This document shows positions 10,697 through 20,420 of a stretch of 64,000 nucleotides of DNA, one piece after another (the stretch's first letter is position 1; each line of letters opens with the position of its first letter). The DNA comes from an uncultured Armatimonadetes bacterium (lineage in GTDB: Bacteria > Armatimonadota > Hebobacteria > Hebobacterales > Hebobacteraceae), in contig OY970296.1 of NCBI GenBank assembly GCA_963716175.1, positions 2,592,001 through 2,656,000 of the forward strand, given 5' to 3'. Under the pieces are notes generated by a model, which was not told the origin of the DNA, did no database searches, and saw only the letters and a list, made by a program, of their open reading frames with translations. The position numbers were made by a program, and so were the translations under genes.

Positions 10697-11600
10697 GGCC
10701 TTCACCTCGCAGCATATGGAAGGCGTGAAGCAGGCCGGGGAAGAGCGCGTCCAGTGATTCGGCCGCCCCCTTCCGCGAGCCGGGCAGGTTGATGATCAGT
10801 GTGCTCCCCCGGAGGCCGGCCTTGCCCCGGGAGAGCATGGCATAGGGGGTGCGCGCCTGGCCGAAGGCGCGCGTCGCTTCCGGGATGCCCGGCACTTCTC
10901 TCTCGATCAGCTCGGCCATGGCCTCGGGCGTGCGATCGCGCGGTCCCAGGCCCGTCCCCCCGGTGGTGATCACCAGGTCGACGCGTGACTCGTCCGCATA
11001 TCGCAGCAGCGCCTCTCGGATCACGTCCACTTCATCCGGGATGATCCTGTAGTCCACGACCTCGAGACCCTCTTCCTTCAGCCGCGCCGCGATCAGTCGG
11101 CCCGAGTGGTCTTCCTTCTTCCCCTCGGCAATGGAATCGGACATCACGAGCACGGCTGCGCGCAGCGGAGTCTCGCGGCGGTCTGCGAAATCGGACTTCC
11201 CACCGGTCTTGCTCACCAGCCTCACGCCCACGATCTCCATGCTGTCGTCGAGCATCTTCACCATGTCGTAGATGGTCAGAGCCGCCACCGAGGCGGCGGT
11301 GAGCGCTTCCATCTCAACCCCGGTCCTGTAGATCGCCTTGGCAGTGCAGGTGATGACGATGCCCTCGTCTCTCAGCTCGAAGTCAACGCCCACGAAGTCC
11401 AGCGGCACAGGATGGCAGTAGGGGACGATCTCGCTGGTGCGCTTGGCCGCCTGGATGGCCGCCACCCTTGCCACCGCCAGGGGATCGCCCTTGGGAACGG
11501 CGCTGCTCCGAATCAGGTCAAGCGTCTTGGGACTGAGCCGCAGCTCCGCCTGGGCCACGGACGTCCGCAGCGTATTGGCCTTCCTCGATACATCGAGCAC
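10689..11600 (-). CDS. moaCB: Bifunctional molybdenum cofactor biosynthesis protein MoaC/MoaB
   Basis: PYCHP, TGVEMEAL, KTGGKS (MoaC) fused to TTGGTGLGPRDRTPE, NLPGS (MoaB/MogA). Confidence 0.93.
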   Translation of the reverse strand: MLDVSRKANTLRTSVAQAELRLSPKTLDLIRSSAVPKGDPLAVARVAAIQAAKRTSEIVPYCHPVPLDFVGVDFELRDEGIVITCTAKAIYRTGVEMEALTAASVAALTIYDMVKMLDDSMEIVGVRLVSKTGGKSDFADRRETPLRAAVLVMSDSIAEGKKEDHSGRLIAARLKEEGLEVVDYRIIPDEVDVIREALLRYADESRVDLVITTGGTGLGPRDRTPEAMAELIEREVPGIPEATRAFGQARTPYAMLSRGKAGLRGSTLIINLPGSRKGAAESLDALFPGLLHAFHMLRGEGHG

Positions 11601-11604
11601 TGCT

Positions 11605-12585
11605 TTAGCCCCCGATCTCGATCATGCTGCGGCTCTTGAGCCCGGCCAGCTCTCGCACCGGCGGATGCCGCGCGGGCTTCTCCGCCACCGCCGCCCGGAT
11701 AATATCCGCCAGCGCGGCATCGGAGGCTCCCTCCCGCAGGGGGCCGCGCAGGCTCGCCTCGTCCGGGCCGAAGAGGCAGGACCTGATCGCCCCATCGGCG
11801 GTTAGCCGAAGCCGGTTGCAGGTCTGGCAGAAATGAGCGGAAAGGGGAGTGATGAAGCCAATCGTCTCTGGCCTGCCGTCAACCCGGAATTCCTTCGCCG
11901 AGCTGCTGGAGCGGCTCGGGCAGGGAGTGAGCGAGTAGCGCTCTGCCAGCTTCTTCACCATCGCGGAGTGCGGGACGAACCCGGCGCGATCCCAGCCATT
12001 GCCGCGGAAGGGCATGTACTCGATGAAGCGGAGGTGAAGGAGGTTCGCCCTTGCGAACTCGACGAAGTCGCACAGCTCGTCGTCGTTCACACCTCCCATC
12101 ACCACCACGTTGAGCTTCAGGGGCGCGAAGCCCGCCGCCAGCGCGGCCTCGATCCCGGCCATCACCTGGTCGAAGCGATCCTCGCCCGCGATATCGCGGA
12201 ATCGTTCCTTCTTCAGCGTGTCCAGGCTCACATTGAGGGCGGTGAGGCCGGCCGCCTTGAGCGCGCGCGCCTTCCCCTTCAGCAAAGTCCCATTCGTGGT
12301 CATGCCGAGCGTTTCCAGGCCAGGGAGGGCAGCGAGGCGCGCCACCAGTCCTTCGATGCCTTTGCGAACCGTCGGCTCGCCCCCGGTGAGACGGATCTTG
12401 CGGATGCCCATCGCGACCAGGAGCCGCGCCACGCGGCAGATCTCCTCGTAGGAAAGTATCTCGTCGCGCTCTTTCCAGACGAAGTCCTGCGGTGCACAGT
12501 AGCGGCAGCGGAGATTGCACCTATCTGTGACCGAAACTCGCAGGTAGCTGTGTGACCTGCCGGAGCGATCGGCTAAGGCGCTCAT
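11605..12585 (-). CDS. moaA: GTP 3',8-cyclase MoaA
   Basis: YLRVSVTDRCNLRCRYC, FCQTCNRLRLTADG..C, C-terminal IGG. Confidence 0.96.
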   Translation of the reverse strand: MSALADRSGRSHSYLRVSVTDRCNLRCRYCAPQDFVWKERDEILSYEEICRVARLLVAMGIRKIRLTGGEPTVRKGIEGLVARLAALPGLETLGMTTNGTLLKGKARALKAAGLTALNVSLDTLKKERFRDIAGEDRFDQVMAGIEAALAAGFAPLKLNVVVMGGVNDDELCDFVEFARANLLHLRFIEYMPFRGNGWDRAGFVPHSAMVKKLAERYSLTPCPSRSSSSAKEFRVDGRPETIGFITPLSAHFCQTCNRLRLTADGAIRSCLFGPDEASLRGPLREGASDAALADIIRAAVAEKPARHPPVRELAGLKSRSMIEIGG

Positions 12586-12697
12586 CGCTGTCTCTTCCGG
12601 TCTCCGCCCCCGGCCAAGCGTGGGCTCGCGTGATCCGTTGGCCCGACACTGGCTCCGAACCCCCGCTCCAGGCGATGAGCCAGGGCCGGGCAAGGCC

Positions 12698-13555
12698 TCA
12701 CTGCGCGTAGGCTTCCGTGCCCTTCACGTGCGCGTAGAAGTACGCCATCCCGACGAAGATGGCGCCGCCGACGATGTTCCCCAGAGTAGCGGCAATCAGG
12801 TTGCCCGTCCACATTGTCCCCCAGTTCAACGCAGCAAGCTGTCCGGGGGCTAGTCCCGAGGCGGCCCGCGCCGCCTCGAACCCTTTCGCCAGTATGCCCG
12901 CGGGGATGAAGTACATGTTCGCCACGCAGTGCTCGAACCCGGAGGCGACGAAAGCCATGATGGGGAAGAAGATGCCCAGCACCTTGCCCCCGATGTCCCG
13001 CGCTGCCATCGCCATCATGATGGCCAGGCAGACCAGCCAGTTGCAGCCGATGGCTCGGAAGAAGAAGGCCCAGTTGTGACTGAGGCCTGGGATAACCAGA
13101 CCTGTCTTGGCCGCCGCGATCTTGATCGCGGCCCCTCCGACCGGGCCCGCCAGCAGCCCGGAGCCGCTGGCGATGATCAAGGCCAACACTAGCGAGCCCA
13201 CCAGGTTGCCCAGGTACACCACCACCCAGTTGCGCAACAGACCTCCGAGGCCGATCCGGCCAGAGCAGAGCGCCACGGTCATGAGATTGTTGCCGGTGAA
13301 CAGCTCCGCTCCGGGGATCACCACCAGCATCAGGCCAACTGTGAAGGCCGCTCCCATCAGAAGCTGCCGCACGCCGATGTTGTCCCAGTCTCCACTGCCT
13401 ACGGTGGTCGCAAGATGGGCCCCAAATCCAATGTAGACGCCGGCCAGTATGCCCAGCAGGAACATCTTGCCCAGGGGCAGCGTCGCCTTGCCCTCGCCAA
13501 CCTGGATACAGGCCCTGGAGACCTCCTGCGGCGCCAGGAATCCGCTTGTTGCCAC
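12698..13555 (-). CDS. Formate/nitrite transporter (FNT) family channel
   Basis: GAELFTGN, VYLGNLVG, CNWLVCLA, GFEHCVANM; GTG start after AGGAGG. Confidence 0.93.
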   Translation of the reverse strand: MATSGFLAPQEVSRACIQVGEGKATLPLGKMFLLGILAGVYIGFGAHLATTVGSGDWDNIGVRQLLMGAAFTVGLMLVVIPGAELFTGNNLMTVALCSGRIGLGGLLRNWVVVYLGNLVGSLVLALIIASGSGLLAGPVGGAAIKIAAAKTGLVIPGLSHNWAFFFRAIGCNWLVCLAIMMAMAARDIGGKVLGIFFPIMAFVASGFEHCVANMYFIPAGILAKGFEAARAASGLAPGQLAALNWGTMWTGNLIAATLGNIVGGAIFVGMAYFYAHVKGTEAYAQ

Positions 13556-13813
13556 CAGCTCCCTCCTGTTGATGATGCCCGGACGAACCGCACGGCGGAC
13601 CACGCGCATGTGTGATTCTGCTCCATCCCACAATTCCCCTGTCGCTCTCCGGTCGGGCGAGCAGGGTTCTCCGGTGGGCGGGCGCGGTTGTCGTCGCGCT
13701 CCAGCCGGCTTTCGTCCGCCGATCACAGCTCTGCCAATGCCGGGAGGTTTTCTTGCAGTTAGGCAGCAATAGACCAAGGCCGACCGAAAATCCGGAATGG
13801 AGGCCTGAATGCG

Positions 13814-15256
13814 ATGAGCGACGGGCGCCTTGACATCTTCACCGATGCCGAGCTGGACCAGTTGGCCGAGGCCACACTCAGCGTGCTGGAGCGGGTAGGG
13901 GTCATGTACCAGTCCGAGGCCCTGCTCGCCGCACTGGCGAAGACCGGCGCCCACGTGGACCCGGCCACGCACCGTGCCCGCCTGCCCCGGAACATGATCG
14001 AGGCCATGGTGCGGCGGCTGCGAGAAGCCCAGGGCCGGCAGCATACCTCCACCTACCGGGAACCGGGCCCCGCCAATCCTGCCCTTCCCGGGATCACGCT
14101 CCAGATCGCCCATTTCTACTACGATCACGAGCGGGGCGAGCGCCGGCGCGGCAACCGGCAGGATCTGGTCCGCATGATCCAGTTCGGCGAGGCCCTGGAC
14201 TCGCGCAACTCGGTGGATCAGGTGCTGTTGATGCACGAAGAGCCGCCCCTGGTGGAGCCGCTGGAGGCGCTTTTGCTGCTGCTCGAAAACACCTCCCGAC
14301 CAGGTCACACCTACCCGCATTTCGCGGCCCAGTTCCCCTATCTGGAGGAGATCGGCGAGATCTGGTATGGAGACGCCAAGCACTTCCTGATCGGCGGCAT
14401 TTTCCTGGTCTCTCCCCTGCGCATGGATCAGCGCTCCTGCGATTACCTGATGGAAAGGGTGCGCCGCGGCCTGTCCTGCGGGACAAGCACCCAACCGGTG
14501 AGCGGCATCTCGGCCCCCGTCACCCGCGCCGGCACTGTCGTGGTGGGGGCGGCCGAGATCCTGGGCGGTTGGGCGGCCGCCAGGGCGCTCAACCCGGAGG
14601 TCGAGCTCTCGGGGAGCATCTGCTCTGGTTCGGTGGACATGCCCACCGGCAATGTCACTTTCTGTTCACCGGAGTCCATGGTCCAGGACATCGGTTGCGT
14701 CGAGCTGTTTCGCCGGCGCTTCGGCGGTCACGTGGGCGCCGCGGGCGGGGCCGACTACACCAGCGCCAAGTTCCCTGGGTACCAGGCCGGCTTCGAGAAA
14801 GCGTTCGAGGCCATGGCCATCTCCGCCTACATGGGGGAGCCGCCTCACCTGGGTGCGGGCCTGCTGGACCTGGGCAAGATGTTCTCCCCCCTGCAGCTCT
14901 TGATAGACCGCGAGTTCGAGAGCTTCCTGGGGCGTTTCGCCGCCGGGGCCCGGGTGGACGCGGAGCAGATTGCGCTGGAGGTGATCACTTCCGTCGGGTC
15001 AGGCATCGTGGGCTCCTACCTGGAGTCCGAGCACACCCTCCGCAACTACCGGCAGAACCTTTGGTTCCCGCGGCTGGTTGACCGCAGTGTCTGGACCAGC
15101 GAACGGCAGGAGGAGCATCCGGACGAGAAGCTGCTCCAGCGCGCCCAGGCCCAGTTCCAGGAGACGATGGCCCGCTACCAGCCGCCGGAGGTTGACCAGC
15201 ACAAGTTGGCCAAGGTCAAGGAGGTGGTGAGGCGGGCGCGCCGGGAACTGCTATAG
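13814..15256 (+). CDS. Trimethylamine methyltransferase (MttB) superfamily protein, no in-frame amber codon
   Basis: N-terminal LSVLERVGV, SPLR, GISAPVTRAG, TSAK.PGYQAGFEK, YLESEHT. Confidence 0.85.
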   Translation: MSDGRLDIFTDAELDQLAEATLSVLERVGVMYQSEALLAALAKTGAHVDPATHRARLPRNMIEAMVRRLREAQGRQHTSTYREPGPANPALPGITLQIAHFYYDHERGERRRGNRQDLVRMIQFGEALDSRNSVDQVLLMHEEPPLVEPLEALLLLLENTSRPGHTYPHFAAQFPYLEEIGEIWYGDAKHFLIGGIFLVSPLRMDQRSCDYLMERVRRGLSCGTSTQPVSGISAPVTRAGTVVVGAAEILGGWAAARALNPEVELSGSICSGSVDMPTGNVTFCSPESMVQDIGCVELFRRRFGGHVGAAGGADYTSAKFPGYQAGFEKAFEAMAISAYMGEPPHLGAGLLDLGKMFSPLQLLIDREFESFLGRFAAGARVDAEQIALEVITSVGSGIVGSYLESEHTLRNYRQNLWFPRLVDRSVWTSERQEEHPDEKLLQRAQAQFQETMARYQPPEVDQHKLAKVKEVVRRARRELL

Positions 15257-15277
15257 CCCAGCTTGCATCGCAGCGCA

Positions 15278-15301
15278 GGCCCGCCCTGAGCGAAGCGAAT
15301 G
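15278..15301 (-). repeat. 24-nt micro-insertion copy inside a GTAG-type hairpin
   Basis: Minus strand cattcgcttcgctcagggcgggcc, preceded by CC, within gtagggcaggtcgcggccc|tgcgctgc. Confidence 0.7.
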
Positions 15302-15320
15302 GGGCCGCGACCTGCCCTAC

Positions 15321-16547
15321 TCAGAGTAGGCGCGTGGACTCGCAGACCAGCCGCACCCGGTCCAGCGACGTGCCAGGGGTGAGCGGACTGCCTAAGGACA
15401 CGACGAAGTTGTCCCGCCCGGCGACTGCGATCTGACGCCGCACCTCGGCCAGCACCTCCTCATCGGAGGCCTGCTCCACGAGCATCGCGTCCATGTTGCC
15501 GAAGAGCACCCGATCGGGCCCCAGCGCTCGCCGCACCTCGGCCAGGTCAATGCCGTAGTTCTTCCGGTTCTCCTCGAAGCAGAGAGCGGTGAAGGGCAGC
15601 TCCTTGAGGCAGGGGAGAAACGGCATGAGATTGCCCGAGAAGTAGAGCACGGTGCGGAAGCCCAGCTCCTCGTAGCACTGAAGCGCTTGCCTGGTATACG
15701 GGAAAACGAACTCCTGGTACATCCTCGGGGAGAGGATGTCTGCGGAGGCCAGGCATTCCTCCACGAACATGATGGTGATACCTAGCTGCCGCTCGGCCGC
15801 CAGGCGAGCAGAGGGACGGGGAAGACGGTTCTCGAGGATGCGGTGCACCAGGTCGGGCGAGTCGCTCAGCGCGTACATCAGACCCTGGAATCCGAACAGG
15901 TCGGGCAGGCCGTTGTAGGGCGAGGTGCCGTTGGTGTAAAGGGCAAGGCCGTTCGGATAGTGGCGGGCCAAGCAGATGGCGAGCTCATATCCTTCTGACG
16001 CCGCGAGCTCGCGGGCCTGCTCCGGGGCCGGCTCAGGCACAGGCGTCAGGCGATGCATGGGCCGGGCGGCGGCGTCACGCACCTGCGAGGCGCTCTCGCT
16101 CCGATCCCACAGGTCGGACCAGGGCGTGGACTTCTCTGCCGCCGCCACGCTCTGCTCCGCCTCCCGGTTCGGGGGAATCCAGGACTCGTACCCATCCGCC
16201 GACAGCCAGAACAGCTCATCGCCCCGGCGCACCACGGCAGAGCCAGCAACGCTCGCCCGACTAGATAGGTAAGGCAGGGAGAGCCAGGCCGGCGGTGGAT
16301 AGGGGCCGTCCAGCATCTCGGTGTACAGCTCCCTCTCGATCTGGAAGTGCGTCTGATAGTCAACGGGGAGCAGGTCGGTGTTCGCCTGCGCCAATCGCGC
16401 CCGCCACTTGCGCCAGCGGGATTCCATGCGGTGGAACTGAAGCGGCCCCAGCATCTCGTAGACTGGGGCCACCGGGAGGTAAGGCGCAGGCTTCCCGGTG
16501 AGGACGCGGGTGATGGCATCGTCAGAGGCGAGGGGACCTGGCACCAT
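15321..16547 (-). CDS. URO-D / MtaA-like family protein (divergent)
   Basis: ILSPRMYQEFVFPY, LFGNMD, FVVSLGSP in the C-terminal half; start uncertain. Confidence 0.75.
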   Translation of the reverse strand: MVPGPLASDDAITRVLTGKPAPYLPVAPVYEMLGPLQFHRMESRWRKWRARLAQANTDLLPVDYQTHFQIERELYTEMLDGPYPPPAWLSLPYLSSRASVAGSAVVRRGDELFWLSADGYESWIPPNREAEQSVAAAEKSTPWSDLWDRSESASQVRDAAARPMHRLTPVPEPAPEQARELAASEGYELAICLARHYPNGLALYTNGTSPYNGLPDLFGFQGLMYALSDSPDLVHRILENRLPRPSARLAAERQLGITIMFVEECLASADILSPRMYQEFVFPYTRQALQCYEELGFRTVLYFSGNLMPFLPCLKELPFTALCFEENRKNYGIDLAEVRRALGPDRVLFGNMDAMLVEQASDEEVLAEVRRQIAVAGRDNFVVSLGSPLTPGTSLDRVRLVCESTRLL

Positions 16548-16564
16548 CGCTCCGGTTTCGCCGT

Positions 16565-17647
16565 TCACACCTGGATGGGATATGCGCCCCACCTCAGGGT
16601 GGCTTCGATCATGGCGCGGTAATTGGCGAGTGGGACATAGCTGGCGACGGAGTTGCTGCTGCCCACGCAGTAGCCGCCCCCGGGCCCGACCTCCCGAATG
16701 CGCTGCTTCACCTCGGCCTCGACTTGCTGCGGCGTGCCCAGGGTCAGGGTGTAGCCCAGGTCAATATTGCCGATGAGGGCGAGGTGCTGCCCCCAGCGCC
16801 GCTTCACTTCCACGATGTCCATGGCCTTGGGTTCGATGGGCTGCAGGGCCGAGATGCCGCACTCTACCAGGTCGGGGATCACCTCCCAGATCAGCCCATC
16901 GCAGTGGTAGATCAGAGGCAGGCCTCGACTCGCTGCCACCTCACCGTAGCGCTTGAACCATGGAAACAGCACACGTCGGTAGAACTCGGGCGACATGAAG
17001 AAGCCTTGGGCGTGCGCCAGATCGTCCGCCAGCCACAGCGCGGCCACTCCTGGCAGCGCGGCCGCCCGCTGGAACACCTGGAACAGGAAGCTGCCCACCC
17101 GCTCGATCACCCCCTCCACCAGGCCGGGATCATCGTAGAGCGCAAGGCACATGCCCTCGAAGCCCGTCAATTGGCGGCTGGTCTCGAGGATACCCCAGGT
17201 CCCGGTAGTCAGCCCCATCCCTTCCGGTAGCAGCTCGCGAGCGCGGGCTATGTGATCGTACTGCACCCGCCCGAGATCTGGCCACGGATATCGCTCCAGG
17301 TCTTGGCGGCTGGCAATCACTCCCCGATGCTCCTCCATCCATGCCTTCTCTACCGGGCCCGGCGAGTAGGCGCTGTAGGTGTCACGCGCCACGTGCCAGC
17401 CCTCCGGAAACAGGTGTAGGTACCAGGGCGCGAGGTGGATGTAGTCATAGCCGGCCGCGGCCCAGAACTCGACGTCGGCAGCGACGTCGTAGTCGTCGGT
17501 CCCCAGCAGCGAGTTCCCCACCGGCCGGCCCAGGAAGGCCTGCTTCACCGGCGGGTCCACCAGGAACTCGGAAAGCGGCACGCGATCCGGCTCTTGCCGC
17601 CGCAGTGCCGTCAGGAACCGGGCGATGTCGGGCTTGTCGTCAAGCAC
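16565..17647 (-). CDS. URO-D / MtaA-like family protein
   Basis: EPDRVP, ADDLA, YHCDG, GNIDL, GGGYCVGSSN. Confidence 0.88.
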   Translation of the reverse strand: MLDDKPDIARFLTALRRQEPDRVPLSEFLVDPPVKQAFLGRPVGNSLLGTDDYDVAADVEFWAAAGYDYIHLAPWYLHLFPEGWHVARDTYSAYSPGPVEKAWMEEHRGVIASRQDLERYPWPDLGRVQYDHIARARELLPEGMGLTTGTWGILETSRQLTGFEGMCLALYDDPGLVEGVIERVGSFLFQVFQRAAALPGVAALWLADDLAHAQGFFMSPEFYRRVLFPWFKRYGEVAASRGLPLIYHCDGLIWEVIPDLVECGISALQPIEPKAMDIVEVKRRWGQHLALIGNIDLGYTLTLGTPQQVEAEVKQRIREVGPGGGYCVGSSNSVASYVPLANYRAMIEATLRWGAYPIQV

Positions 17648-17733
17648 TGGCCCACCTCCCATGGACCATCCACACTTGGACCTCGCCCGCCCGAATCCCT
17701 GTAAGGGGACCAGAATCGTGGCCGGCCGCGGCC

Positions 17734-18912
17734 TCAGGTCTCGGCTGTCCGCAGCGCTTCCATGAGATCGGCGGCGGGCCGGCCCGCGCGGATCTCGTGA
17801 CTCATCGCCTTCAGCACCTGGGCGCTGTGGGAGAAGAACTGGCGATAGGCCGCGCAGAGATAGGAGACAGGCTTGCCGTCTTCCCCCAGATGGAGACGGT
17901 GCTTGGGGCAGTCGCCGCCGCACCAGGGGAGTACCGCGCACCGCCGGCACCGTTCTGAGAGGTCGGCCTTGGCCAGGCCGAACTCGCGCTGCGCGGGACC
18001 CTCTACCAGGGAGGCGAGGCTATCCACTGTCACTCGCCCGCGAAGGTGCGCCGGGTAGACGAAGTGGTCGCAGGCATAGAGATCGCCGGTGTGTTCGACC
18101 GCCAGGGCGTACCCGCAGGTCGGGGCGAAGACGCACTGCGACGGCGGCTCGCCCAGCCACACCGCCAGCGCTGACTCGAGAGCCTGCACGAACACCTGCC
18201 CCACATCGCGACTCGCCCAGTAGTCGAAGACCTCGCACAGGAAGCGGCCGAAGGCCTCCGGGCGCACCGACCAAGGGGTCACTTTCCGGCTGCGCTGCGA
18301 CTGCCGCTCCACGACCGGGACGAACTGCAGATGCGCCAGCCCCAGCCCGGTCAGGTGGCGGTAGACTGTCAGCGGGTGCTCAGCATTCGCGCGGTTGACC
18401 GCCACCAGGGCGTTGCACTTCACCTGGCGCCCTTGCAGGATTTCCAGCCCGGCCCGCACCCGACGATGGGTGGGATTGCCCCCCTGGTCGCGCCGGTAAC
18501 GGTCATGCAGCTCAGGAGGACCATCTATGCTGATCCCGACCAGGAACTGGTGCTCGGCGAAGAAGGCTGCCCACTCCTCATCTATCAGCGTGCCATTGGT
18601 CTGGACCGCGTTCACCACTCGCTGACCCGGCCGCGCGTATCTCCTCTGCAAGTCGAGCGCGCGCGCAAAGAAGTCCAGCCCGATCAGCAGGGGCTCACCG
18701 CCCTGCCAGCCGAACACCACCTCGGGAGCGGGGTTGGCCCGGAGATAGGCGGCGGTGACACGCTCCAGCGTTTCTCCATCCATGCGGAAGCTGCTCCCCG
18801 GATAATAGGCCGCCTTCTCCCGGTAATAGCAGTACTCGCAGGCAAGGTTGCAGGCCGCGCCCACTGGTTTGATCATGAGGTGGAAAGGCTTGGAGGCGAG
18901 GGAAGCGGTCAC
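17734..18912 (-). CDS. Anaerobic sulfatase maturase (radical SAM/SPASM, anSME)
   Basis: KPVGAACNLACEYCYY, WQGGEP, QTNG, YACDHF, CxxC..C.GDCPK. Confidence 0.93.
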   Translation of the reverse strand: MTASLASKPFHLMIKPVGAACNLACEYCYYREKAAYYPGSSFRMDGETLERVTAAYLRANPAPEVVFGWQGGEPLLIGLDFFARALDLQRRYARPGQRVVNAVQTNGTLIDEEWAAFFAEHQFLVGISIDGPPELHDRYRRDQGGNPTHRRVRAGLEILQGRQVKCNALVAVNRANAEHPLTVYRHLTGLGLAHLQFVPVVERQSQRSRKVTPWSVRPEAFGRFLCEVFDYWASRDVGQVFVQALESALAVWLGEPPSQCVFAPTCGYALAVEHTGDLYACDHFVYPAHLRGRVTVDSLASLVEGPAQREFGLAKADLSERCRRCAVLPWCGGDCPKHRLHLGEDGKPVSYLCAAYRQFFSHSAQVLKAMSHEIRAGRPAADLMEALRTAET

Positions 18913-18926
18913 GAGAGGGGCCTCGC

Positions 18927-20393
18927 CTAGCGTCCGGCGAACTCGCGCGGATGCCTCCGCTTCAGTTCCGGGATCGCCCATCCCCGGCCGGTCTGCTCCA
19001 GGTAGTCGCAGTAATCCCGCAGATACCCCCGGGCGTGGTAGGGCCCACCCTCCTTCATCACCGTCCAGAGCGGGTCCACGGCCTCGGGCATGGACTGCAT
19101 CATGGCCGCATGCCAGTCGTTCAAGTAGTGCACCGCCTCGCGGCAGACCTCAGGACAGCTGGCCGCGATGTCGTTCTGCTCATGGGGGTCTTGCGCGAGA
19201 TCGAACAGCATCTCCTCGGGGAAGAGGTGGTAGCCGTCGTGGTAGGTCCGCAAGTAGATCCAGGGGCCGAAGCGCACGCTCCGCTGGCAGACATGCGCAC
19301 ACTGGCTCAGCACCAGGTAGTCGCGACCGCAGGTCTCCGCGCGGGTGATGGTGGGAGCATAGCTTCTGCCATCCCAGCTCGGGGCCGGTTTCTTGCCGAA
19401 GAGATCGGCTAGAGTCGGTCCCAGGTCGAGCTGGTAGTGGAGGCCGCGGTCCACGTACCCGGCCGCGCTCTGGGGCCAGCGTATGATCATCGGGATGCGC
19501 GGTGTGATGCCATCGGCGGTGGCGTGCTCGCCGTAGATTCCCAGCTCGCCCAGGTTCTCGCCGTGGTCCGAGCTGATGATGATCGCCAGTTCGTCCCATA
19601 CCCCCTGCGCCTCCAGGGCCGAGAAGAGGCGGCCGATGTGCTCGTCCATGTAGCGGACCCCACAGTCGTAGCCGTCAATCACCCGGCGCAGATCTCGCAT
19701 GTCTCCCAGTTCCCTCGGCTGGCGCGAGTACCGCGGGTCCCGTTTGTTGTCGAACATGTTCAGCTCGCGCGCCTTCATCGGCCCCACCATCCGCCGGTGC
19801 TTCTCCAGCACTTCCTGCGTGAGCCAGGCTGGCAGGGGCGTCTGCTCGAACGGGTTGCCGAACTCCTCCGGCGCCCGGTAGGGGGTATGGGGATCCCAGT
19901 AGTTCACATGGAGAAACCAGTTGTCGCGCTTCGCGTTCCGCTCGATCCAGCTCAACACCGTGGGCGTGATCTCCTCCGCTGATTCCATCCCCCCGCGGCC
20001 AGTGTTGTGCATCTCCTTGAAGCCGGCGTAGAACCACCAGGCGCCATGGCGCTCGGCAAAAGGGCTGATGGTGACGGTCTCGAGGCCTGCCGAGCGCAGG
20101 AAGGCCGGGAGACTCTCTCGGCGCAGCCGGTCGGAGAAGCCGCGGCTCTCGCCCTCCAGTCGCATGTCCGCGGCCGTGCCGCCGTGCCCCACCACCCCGG
20201 TGTGAATCCCGAAACGCCCGGTGATCAAGGCCGCGCGGGAGGGCAGGCAGGGGGCATCCGAGCAGTAGTAGTTGTCGAAGCGCACCCCCTGGGCCGCGAT
20301 GCGGTCAATGTTGGGGGAGGTGTCCCGGTGGTAGCCGTAGCACCCGAGATGGTCGGGACGAAGGGTATCGAGATCAAGGAAGAGGATACGCAT
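18927..20393 (-). CDS. Cys-type sulfatase
   Basis: DTLRPDH, CLPSR motif, DPHTPY, SDHGE. Confidence 0.93.
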   Translation of the reverse strand: MRILFLDLDTLRPDHLGCYGYHRDTSPNIDRIAAQGVRFDNYYCSDAPCLPSRAALITGRFGIHTGVVGHGGTAADMRLEGESRGFSDRLRRESLPAFLRSAGLETVTISPFAERHGAWWFYAGFKEMHNTGRGGMESAEEITPTVLSWIERNAKRDNWFLHVNYWDPHTPYRAPEEFGNPFEQTPLPAWLTQEVLEKHRRMVGPMKARELNMFDNKRDPRYSRQPRELGDMRDLRRVIDGYDCGVRYMDEHIGRLFSALEAQGVWDELAIIISSDHGENLGELGIYGEHATADGITPRIPMIIRWPQSAAGYVDRGLHYQLDLGPTLADLFGKKPAPSWDGRSYAPTITRAETCGRDYLVLSQCAHVCQRSVRFGPWIYLRTYHDGYHLFPEEMLFDLAQDPHEQNDIAASCPEVCREAVHYLNDWHAAMMQSMPEAVDPLWTVMKEGGPYHARGYLRDYCDYLEQTGRGWAIPELKRRHPREFAGR

Positions 20394-20420
20394 GGCTGGC
20401 CTCACATCGCATGGCAGGTC

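Noticed and set aside
12586-12697. Moco riboswitch upstream of moaA
   Set aside because: A GC-rich hairpin is present, but I cannot find the characteristic Moco motif elements; an Rfam scan would be needed
13556-14494. 598-aa FNT with a long N-terminal extension (ORF track 12698..14494)
   Set aside because: The extension is the antisense shadow of the MttB-like gene plus intergenic DNA; a good RBS and GTG start lie at 13555
13814-15256. Pyrrolysine recoding in the MttB homolog
   Set aside because: No in-frame TAG; the terminal TAG falls at the expected full length
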